From positions 76,946-140,945 of the forward strand of contig MFYJ01000007.1 of the NCBI GenBank assembly GCA_001787755.1: a stretch of DNA of 64,000 nt, in the 5' to 3' direction. The position numbers and the translations under genes were made by a program. The notes under the pieces were generated by a model. The model ran no database searches, was not told the DNA's origin, and was given only the letters and a program-made list of their open reading frames with translations. The stretch comes from Candidatus Peribacteria bacterium RIFOXYB1_FULL_54_35. Lineage in GTDB: Bacteria > Patescibacteriota > Gracilibacteria > Peribacterales > Peribacteraceae. Of this stretch, positions 57,977 to 64,000 are shown piece after piece (position 1 is the stretch's first letter; each line of letters starts with the position of its first letter).

Positions 57977-58468
57977 TCAGGCGAGGATCTGCACCATCTT
58001 CCCGTTCACCGCACCGAACACTGCGAGGGCGAGTGCATCTGCCGCGTCATCCGGCTTGGGGATTTCCGTGAGGTTGAGCAGACAGAGGAGCATGTCCTGC
58101 ATCTGCCTCTTATCGGCGTTGCCGTCGCCTGTGATGCAGGACTTGAGCTCGGGGGGGGTGGGTTCAATAATCGGAATAGCGTGCAACTGCACGGTCTGGA
58201 GAATCACGCCCCGCGCCTGTGCCACATCGAGCGCTGTTCGCTTGTTCGAGGAGAAGAACAATTTCTCCACCACTGCAATTTCCGGCTGGGATTCCAGGAG
58301 GAAGGCAGCGAGATCCTTCTGGATCTCACCCAGGCGCTCTGCGAGCGTGAGGCCCGGGGCAGTGGTGATGGTGAGCCAGTCCAGCGCCCGGAAGTACCGG
58401 CCGGACTGTGCTTCTATCAGCCCAAGTCCTACGGTTGCAAGGCCGGGATCTATGCCGAGGATTCGCAC
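57977..58468 (-). CDS. ruvC: crossover junction endodeoxyribonuclease RuvC
   Basis: MRILGIDPGLATVGLGLIE, catalytic E in VVEKLFF, and C-terminal DAADALALA. Confidence 0.9.
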   Translation of the reverse strand: MRILGIDPGLATVGLGLIEAQSGRYFRALDWLTITTAPGLTLAERLGEIQKDLAAFLLESQPEIAVVEKLFFSSNKRTALDVAQARGVILQTVQLHAIPIIEPTPPELKSCITGDGNADKRQMQDMLLCLLNLTEIPKPDDAADALALAVFGAVNGKMVQILA

Positions 58469-58565
58469 AGTATGAGCTTGCAGGGAGTTTGTTCCCCGGG
58501 CAAGGGCATCTCGTTGCTCAGAGAGCGGTTTTCTGCTACTCTAAGAGGAAAACAAGACAAAAACT

Positions 58566-60206
58566 ATGCCCAGGAAATCCGTTCCAAAGAAGCACAGGCA
58601 CTTTGTGGCGGCACCGCTTGCAGTGTTCATCGTGAGCATTTCCCTGCTCGATGGGGTGTTGCCGGCCGGTTCCCAGGCACCGGAACTCTCCGCTTCCGTC
58701 ATGAAGCTCTCAGAAGGGGAAGTGTTCCGCCTTCCTCAGGGGAAAGCTATGCTCTACAGCGGGCAGGGGTTCACCGTTTCGCCTGAGTCTACAGTGTTTG
58801 AAAACGGCTCTGCACTTGTTTCGACAGAGGGCTTTCTGGAATTGACGGTGGCGGGAAAGAAAGTTGCCACTGTCGCTGGCGCGTTCTACCTCTCGTACTT
58901 CGGCGAAGATCTGACCATTGCTGCGCTCACGAGCCCTGTGCTCTTCCGGGACAATGCACGTCTGATGGTGGTGCCAGCGGGCATGCAGTGGAAGGTTCCT
59001 GCGGAGGAGAAACTTCCGCTCCTGCAGGCGGGGTATCCGCTCTGGCAGGAAGCGCGCCAGGTGCAGGCATTCCCTGAACGTTTCTTCGTGCGGCAGCTCC
59101 AGAATCTGATGTTCCTTCCTTCCGAGGAAGATGTGCTCCCCCCCGCGGGGTCTGAGCCTCTGCCTCTCTGGACGAAATTCCCGGCGCTGCGCATAGGCGC
59201 GGCGCAGGAAACCGTGGAGCAGGAATGGCGGGAAGAAGTATTTGGAGCTCTCCGCAAGTATGTCGAATCTGGTGACAGGGATGCGCTCGATGCGTTCCTG
59301 CACAAGGAGGAGTACAGCGATGTGCTGCAGAGTGATGAAGCATGGGAGGTGATGGTGCGGTTGTATGTGCGTGCGCAGAAGGACTCTGTACGATCGCTCC
59401 TCCTCTCGCAGCTGCTTTCCAGTGAAGACTTCTGGCTCCTTGCATCCCTGCACCCCGATTTCCGTGCGGAGGTGTGGTCTTCGTTCTCGGAGCAGGAGAA
59501 TTCCGAGGCGGTAACTCTCCGTCTGTTCCTTCTCCCCACAGCGAATATGGTGCAGCAGGCAGTGCCTGCCGATGCCATGCAGCGCTGGACCTATGAGCTC
59601 AGCCAGCTTGCCCAGGGGGAGAAAGCCGCTGCGCTTGTCGGGATGACGGTGGAGCAGCACCTTCCCCTTGTCTCCGTACTCGATCAGATGGGGTACCCGG
59701 AGCGGTCGCGTATTCTCGCACTCTCCCTCAAGAAGCTCGTGGAGAACACAGGAGTTACGCTGAGGCCGGAACTCACGTCTGAGCTCTCTGCACTCACCTC
59801 ATTCGATCGCATGAGCCTGGAGGAACTCCCTCCCATGGAAGAACAGGTGCTCATCGAAGAAGAAGTGAAAGAGGAAGAGAAAGAAGTGGTGCCTGCACCG
59901 GTCGTGGAGGTGAAGCAGGAAGAAGCAGTGGAGGTGTCTTCGTACAGTCCCGATGTGGTGGAGCGGCGTGCGTACACTGTCCTTCGGGATATTGGTGCAC
60001 TTTTTACAGTGGAAACAACTATCGATGCCGTTGCACCCAATACGGCACAGGTGCGCAACATTATTTTCTCCGGGAAGAGCGGGGACAGGACAGTGGACTT
60101 CCACTTCGATGTGGCAAAAGGGGAGATCAGGCAGGTGATTCTCGGGAACAAGGAGTACCCCTACTCGCTCACAGTGGAAGCGTTCCGTGACTGGATACAG
60201 AAGTAA
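58566..60206 (+). CDS. membrane-anchored protein, unknown function (FecR-like beta region near the N-terminus)
   Basis: N-terminal anchor HFVAAPLAVFIVSISLL. The GxxVxT..S.A.L..-type strand pattern at aa ~45-130 is a weak resemblance. Acidic E/K/V linker near the C-terminus. Confidence 0.4.
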   Translation: MPRKSVPKKHRHFVAAPLAVFIVSISLLDGVLPAGSQAPELSASVMKLSEGEVFRLPQGKAMLYSGQGFTVSPESTVFENGSALVSTEGFLELTVAGKKVATVAGAFYLSYFGEDLTIAALTSPVLFRDNARLMVVPAGMQWKVPAEEKLPLLQAGYPLWQEARQVQAFPERFFVRQLQNLMFLPSEEDVLPPAGSEPLPLWTKFPALRIGAAQETVEQEWREEVFGALRKYVESGDRDALDAFLHKEEYSDVLQSDEAWEVMVRLYVRAQKDSVRSLLLSQLLSSEDFWLLASLHPDFRAEVWSSFSEQENSEAVTLRLFLLPTANMVQQAVPADAMQRWTYELSQLAQGEKAAALVGMTVEQHLPLVSVLDQMGYPERSRILALSLKKLVENTGVTLRPELTSELSALTSFDRMSLEELPPMEEQVLIEEEVKEEEKEVVPAPVVEVKQEEAVEVSSYSPDVVERRAYTVLRDIGALFTVETTIDAVAPNTAQVRNIIFSGKSGDRTVDFHFDVAKGEIRQVILGNKEYPYSLTVEAFRDWIQK

Positions 60207-60247
60207 TCATCGTGGAGAAGCTGAACATAGATGTTTTTATAGTATTA

Positions 60248-60256
60248 TGTTATAAT
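60248..60256 (+). promoter_or_regulatory. extended -10 promoter element TGTTATAAT
   Basis: Perfect TGnTATAAT in an AT-rich gap. It ends 7 nt before GTG 60264, implying a leaderless or near-leaderless transcript, unless the ATG at 60354 is the real start. Confidence 0.45.
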
Positions 60257-60263
60257 ACTATAT

Positions 60264-60857
60264 GTGCAGTTACGTCGAAGCGACATTGCGCGGGAGATTG
60301 CAGAGGAAGAGCCGGCAGTAGATCTGAGGGTGACGTACCAAACTCTCCTGACAATGATGGTGGGTATGCGTGCGGGTCTGCGTACGGCGGGTGGGCATAC
60401 TGCGTTACTGGGTCAGAAAGCCCAGGCTATTGTTCAACGGATAGAAGCTGCTCCGCTGGAAGATATTCTGAGCAGAACCTGGATTGATTTTGTGGAAGAG
60501 GAGGATGGTTTGGGGGCACTGACACTCACAGCGCAGGAACGTGCCTACATTGAGGCATTCCGCAGGTTGCAGGAAGCGCTGGGCTCGGGGAACATCACCC
60601 TCAATTCCCGGTCGATTGCTCATGCAGAGCAACTCATGCGTGGTGTTGGTGAAGTTCCTGCAGAAGTCGCCAATGCTGCGAAGGGCATACTACTACTCAT
60701 CGTGCGGCAGGCTGTGCGTTCCAAGCTCGATCAGGTGTATGCCATCGGCGCGTCACGAGTAGGATCTGCCGAGGGAGACCAAGCCCTGGCAGCCGTTCGG
60801 CGTGAAGTAAATCCCATTACCGCGGAGCTCCAGTCGCTGTTACAGGGCACGCAGTAG
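60264..60857 (+). CDS. hypothetical helical protein
   Basis: 197-aa ORF from GTG 60264; an in-frame ATG at 60354 is an alternative. No recognisable domain. Confidence 0.4.
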   Translation: MQLRRSDIAREIAEEEPAVDLRVTYQTLLTMMVGMRAGLRTAGGHTALLGQKAQAIVQRIEAAPLEDILSRTWIDFVEEEDGLGALTLTAQERAYIEAFRRLQEALGSGNITLNSRSIAHAEQLMRGVGEVPAEVANAAKGILLLIVRQAVRSKLDQVYAIGASRVGSAEGDQALAAVRREVNPITAELQSLLQGTQ

Positions 60858-60899
60858 CGTGCATTTCGTTCTGCTCAAAGTCGGAAGCGATGGAAAGCC

Positions 60900-61637
60900 C
60901 TACCGCAGTTCGTAGGTGAGGTACACGCGCAGGGTGAACTCCTGTTCGCCGATCGGAACGGGGCCTTCTGCCATCACCGTGCCTCCGCCTCCTCCGTAGC
61001 CTCCCTTCCCGTACCCGGTGTCCGGGAAGGAGGAGATATCTTCACCGTAGGAGGTGAGCTTGCCGAGCGACATGCCAAGCTCTTCCGCGAGATCCTCTGC
61101 CTGCTTCTTCGCCTTGGCGATGGATTCGCTGCGTGCCCTGTCGCGCAGTGCGGCCATGTCGTCCATGAGGAACTGGATGCCCGAGACGTTATTCGCTCCG
61201 GCTTTGGTCGCTGCGGAAATCACGTCACCCACTTTGCCGGGGTTGCGCACCTTGATGGTCACGTTCTGGCTTGCCTCATACCCTCTGGGCACCTGCTTGC
61301 CCTCTATCCAGTCGTATGCCGGGTACAGGCTGAATCCGCTTGTCTGGATGTCGTTCTCCGGGATTTCCAGTGCTTTCACAGCTCCGAGTACTGCATTCAT
61401 CTGCTCCTCCAGTGTTTCCATTGCTTCCTGTGAGCTTTCCTGCCTTCCGGTCTGCACGCCGAGGGTCACGGAGGCGATGTCCGGTTTCTCCGCGACTTTC
61501 GTCTCTCCGATTCCTGAGATGGAGGCCTGTGGCCGCGGCGTGGATTCAATGTAGTTGCCCGCGAGAAAGAAGAGTCCCCAGACCACGGTGGTTGGGAGCG
61601 CAAGGCGCAGGAAGATGCTCTTTGCGGAGGATTCCAT
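60900..61637 (-). CDS. SIMPL-domain (DUF541) protein
   Basis: N-terminal anchor, then I.V.G.G...V.PD.A.V.LGV and GYEASQNVTIKVR....VG.VI..A...GAN.V.GI.F, typical of SIMPL/26-kDa periplasmic antigen proteins. Confidence 0.7.
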   Translation of the reverse strand: MESSAKSIFLRLALPTTVVWGLFFLAGNYIESTPRPQASISGIGETKVAEKPDIASVTLGVQTGRQESSQEAMETLEEQMNAVLGAVKALEIPENDIQTSGFSLYPAYDWIEGKQVPRGYEASQNVTIKVRNPGKVGDVISAATKAGANNVSGIQFLMDDMAALRDRARSESIAKAKKQAEDLAEELGMSLGKLTSYGEDISSFPDTGYGKGGYGGGGGTVMAEGPVPIGEQEFTLRVYLTYELR

Positions 61638-61640
61638 AGG

Positions 61641-61692
61641 GGAGAGAGGGAAAAGTGAGAATGGAAAGCCATTCTACGGTTTTCTCTCTCGG
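61641..61692. repeat. GAGAGAG-word hairpin downstream of tRNA-Ile
   Basis: gagagagggaaaag-tgagaatggaaagccattctac-ggttttctctctc, with nested stems agaatgg/ccattct. Confidence 0.5.
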
Positions 61693-61737
61693 GAAAAAGA
61701 GGGCGAGACACTATGTTTTTATGCTGTCGAGATTGAA

Positions 61738-61814
61738 TGGTGGGCGACCGCAGACTTGAACTGCGGACCTCGACATTATCAGTGTCGCGCTCTAACCAGC
61801 TGAGCTAGTCGCCC
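61738..61814 (-). tRNA. tRNA-Ile (anticodon GAT), 77 nt with encoded CCA
   Basis: GGGCGAC-TA-GCTC-AGCTGGTTA-GAGC-G-CGACA-CTGATAA-TGTCG-AGGTC-CGCAG-TTCAAGT-CTGCG-GTCGCCC-ACCA. Confidence 0.9.
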
Positions 61815-61964
61815 GTGATGTGAATGATAGAAAAAACGGCCGGGTTCACTCCCTCAGGAAGCCAGAACACAGTACGTATTGGAGGGATATTGGTCAATAA
61901 ATAATGGGATTGTTATCCCTGCAGGATTTCATGCATTTATTTCATAGATTGATGCTTGAGCATA

Positions 61965-63242
61965 TTACTGAGGGAATGAGCCGTCTTGTCCTGCCCGAGG
62001 AGTGCCGAGGAGTCTTACTACTCCCCCCCGGCTGGCTGCCAATTCTCGCTCTAACCGTTCTGCACGTTCTTCCGCTTGCTCTGCACGTTCTTCCGCTTGC
62101 CGCTTCTCGTCATGCAGCTGCCGGTTCTGGTGATTCCGCAGCCGGAATCGGTAGAGGTTTAGATCTGAGTCTTCCAGTATCCGCAGGCTTTCTTCCTTGT
62201 TCCTTCCCTGCCTGTCTCTCGCAAGATCGATGGTGCTCTGCACGATTTGCTCGCGGAGAGTTGTGAATGTTTCATCGCTGCCTTGGAGGTCATGCTCGTC
62301 TCTCTCCACTGCAAGCAGGATTCCTTCTGTGAGGAGTGCTCCTCCCCCGGCAACGGAGGTGATGAATTTTCCATTGGGCGAGGAATTGAATTGCAATGTG
62401 GCGCGTATGGCTCTGAGTTGGTCACTTCTTTGATCAGGATGTAATGCGAAGAATGCCTTTCGTTGATCACTCGAGGGCATGCCGTACGTGATGAGGACGT
62501 CTTCATCGTCGAAGTCGAGGAAGCTGCTCAGCTTCTCGCTCGAGGAGATTTCAGCCTGGAACGAAGCGATGGTATCCTCGATGAGCTGAGGAGTGAGAGG
62601 CGTACTGCCGCGGAGGAAGAGCTCAAATTCGTCTCCTCCTGTGGCCATGGGAATGACATGGATGCCCTGCTCCTCCAGGCGCCTGCGTGTGGGACCGTGC
62701 GGGTCTACGAATATGCGTGCCATTTGCCGGAGGAAGAGCGTGGTGTGCGTGTGTGATGTGCAGTCTTTGAACGACCGGAGGCCGTCGACGTCGAACCTGA
62801 GCCATCCGAAGTCCCCTAGACGCTCCGGCGAGGGGTTCTCTGCCATGAGCCTGCGCAGGTCGTAGCGGAACATCCATGTCCCGTATGTTGCCGCGTGAAT
62901 AGGGAAATCAGAGGTGGAGAGCGTAGATTCGAACCAGTGTTCTTTGAACATATTTGCAGCGATTCTCTGTCTCGTTGCGGCTATACTCTGAGTTAACCGC
63001 TGTTCGCTCCATCGCTCTTGCTGTGCCCTTTCAACCAGCGCTCTCGTTTCCTGGTCCGCGAGTGCCAGGTGTGCTCTCTGCGTCGTTTCTCCCATGATCT
63101 GGCCGCTCATTCCTTCCATGATGCGTTCCTCGTCATCTCTCTCCGTGGCTGAGCGTACATGCAGCACTGTCATGCGCTGCAGTACGCTGTCGAGGATTTC
63201 GGGTTGCCGGGCAGAGAGCTTTTCGAGAGCAGATTCGAGCAT
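61965..63242 (-). CDS. divergent GGDEF-domain protein with helical N- and C-terminal extensions
   Basis: WLRFDVDGLRSFKD (metal-binding Asp region) and PMATGGDEFELFL (intact GGDEF). The usual N..D guanine-contact positions read D..T, and there is no RxxD I-site. The C-terminus is a coiled coil (AEERAEQAEERAERLE). Confidence 0.65.
   Translation of the reverse strand: MLESALEKLSARQPEILDSVLQRMTVLHVRSATERDDEERIMEGMSGQIMGETTQRAHLALADQETRALVERAQQERWSEQRLTQSIAATRQRIAANMFKEHWFESTLSTSDFPIHAATYGTWMFRYDLRRLMAENPSPERLGDFGWLRFDVDGLRSFKDCTSHTHTTLFLRQMARIFVDPHGPTRRRLEEQGIHVIPMATGGDEFELFLRGSTPLTPQLIEDTIASFQAEISSSEKLSSFLDFDDEDVLITYGMPSSDQRKAFFALHPDQRSDQLRAIRATLQFNSSPNGKFITSVAGGGALLTEGILLAVERDEHDLQGSDETFTTLREQIVQSTIDLARDRQGRNKEESLRILEDSDLNLYRFRLRNHQNRQLHDEKRQAEERAEQAEERAERLERELAASRGGVVRLLGTPRAGQDGSFPQ
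62060..62101. repeat. 2 x 21-bp tandem repeat in the GGDEF gene tail
   Basis: ctgcacgttcttccgcttgc(t/c) occurs twice in a row, encoding the repeated AEERAEQ heptad. Confidence 0.8.
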
Positions 63243-63388
63243 GGTGCATTCAAGAAATATTCCGGCGGAGCCGGCTGTTCATTGAACTGTAATTATAATC
63301 AATATGATATGTTTGTCAAACTTTTTACTTCTTTGTCTTCATGGTTTGTTTTGGGGGTGAAAAGGAACCTTCACATGGCCCCAAAACA

Positions 63389-63416
63389 TTGATAAAAACA
63401 AAAAAAATTGTATGAT
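63389..63416 (+). promoter_or_regulatory. sigma70-like promoter (TTGATA - 16 nt - TATGAT)
   Basis: -35 TTGATA at 63389..63394 and -10 TATGAT at 63411..63416 in an AT-rich gap. ATG 63426 lies only 9 nt past the -10 element. Confidence 0.45.
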
Positions 63417-63425
63417 ATACATCCT

Positions 63426-63983
63426 ATGAAAGAGCAGCTCCTCGCACCCATTACCGGCTCGCCCGTCCGCGTCTGCACGGGGACAACGCGCATTGCCTAC
63501 GTGGGCCCGCGCAGGACTCTCAAAGTACCGCGCCTGGATGCGCGCGGCACTCTCCTGCGTGCCGAGAGGTTCCGCGAGGGATGGTCAGCAAACAGGATCG
63601 AAGCGGAGTCGTGGCCGGAGTTCCGGGATATTGTCCTGCCGACCCGCGCGCACATCGGTGCGCTCGTTTCGCTCCAGCCGACGACGGAGGATCTCCGCAT
63701 GTCTGTTGTCGATTTTACAGATATTGTGGAACGCGGGCTCGGGAGTGATGTCATCGAACAGGCGGATGTTGCTCACACGTTCGATAACCCGGGGAACTTC
63801 GGCTACGACGGCGAAGCCGTGAGGCTCCGGGATTTCGGTGACCCGCGCCTCATTGCGTTCCTCCGGTCGAGACGTGAGGAAGTCAGCTGTTTCCTCTCCG
63901 CTCTCGTACAAGTGGAGGTGCTTTCCCGCAGACTCGATCTTGAGGGGGGTCCACAAGAGTTTCCTGACGGGAGAGAAGAATAA
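63426..63983 (+). CDS. minimal protein-kinase-like fold protein (about 185 aa)
   Basis: TLKVPR (VAIK-like Lys), NRIEAE (helix-C Glu?), AHTFDNPGNFG (HxDxxxxN catalytic-loop-like) and LRDFGD (DFG). The ORF track opens at TTG 63408, but ATG 63426 is preferred. Confidence 0.4.
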   Translation: MKEQLLAPITGSPVRVCTGTTRIAYVGPRRTLKVPRLDARGTLLRAERFREGWSANRIEAESWPEFRDIVLPTRAHIGALVSLQPTTEDLRMSVVDFTDIVERGLGSDVIEQADVAHTFDNPGNFGYDGEAVRLRDFGDPRLIAFLRSRREEVSCFLSALVQVEVLSRRLDLEGGPQEFPDGREE

Positions 63984-64000
63984 CCCGTGTCTCCCGGCGC

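Noticed and set aside
1-64000. Alternative genetic code (UGA recoding, as in some candidate phyla)
   Set aside because: Well-conserved genes (argS, serA, gdh, murD, recF and others) read full-length with the standard code, and TGA is used as an apparent stop at several confident gene ends (for example gdh and the EamA transporter ending at 54763).

Overview
A 64-kb chromosomal segment, roughly 55-60% G+C by eye, from what looks like an uncultivated bacterium. The envelope genes look monoderm-like: an SLH-domain protein, a FemAB-type transferase, a Gram-positive-type VirB4 ATPase and many lipobox lipoproteins. Membership of the candidate phyla radiation is only a guess. I call about 60 protein genes, three tRNAs (Met-CAT, Leu-CAA, Ile-GAT) and one disrupted tRNA copy. 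I saw no rRNA, CRISPR array, transposase or integrase. The recognisable core genes are fmt, rbfA, nrnA, argS, murF, murD, a serB-like/serA/serC cluster, grpE, gdh, trxB, rpmG (probable), recF and ruvC. The points most worth a second look are: (1) a lower-GC stack of single genes, including an AT-rich HEPN-like ORF, next to tRNA-Met and partitioned by repeated copies of the tRNA 3' end plus its trailer hairpin, together with a disrupted tRNA copy; (2) a second AT-rich orphan gene directly behind tRNA-Leu; (3) long stop-codon-proximal hairpins whose arms are reiterated short words, with a different word at each site and several multi-copy families; (4) a REP-like GTCATGGTGAG..CGAACCATGAC family; (5) a murD gene overlapping a PP-loop/Cys4 ORF that may be a MurL-type epimerase; (6) a MurF whose N-terminal domain is replaced by transmembrane helices; (7) a 1970-aa secreted protein made of Cys-rich repeats, FG-GAP repeats and a dockerin-like end, with near-identical tandem DNA repeats; (8) a divergent GGDEF protein beside a minimal kinase-like ORF; (9) a methyltransferase gene bracketed by a ~100-bp duplication of a SHOCT/DsrE-like gene junction. 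All functional calls rest on motifs read by eye. No database search, fold prediction or RNA covariance model could be run.
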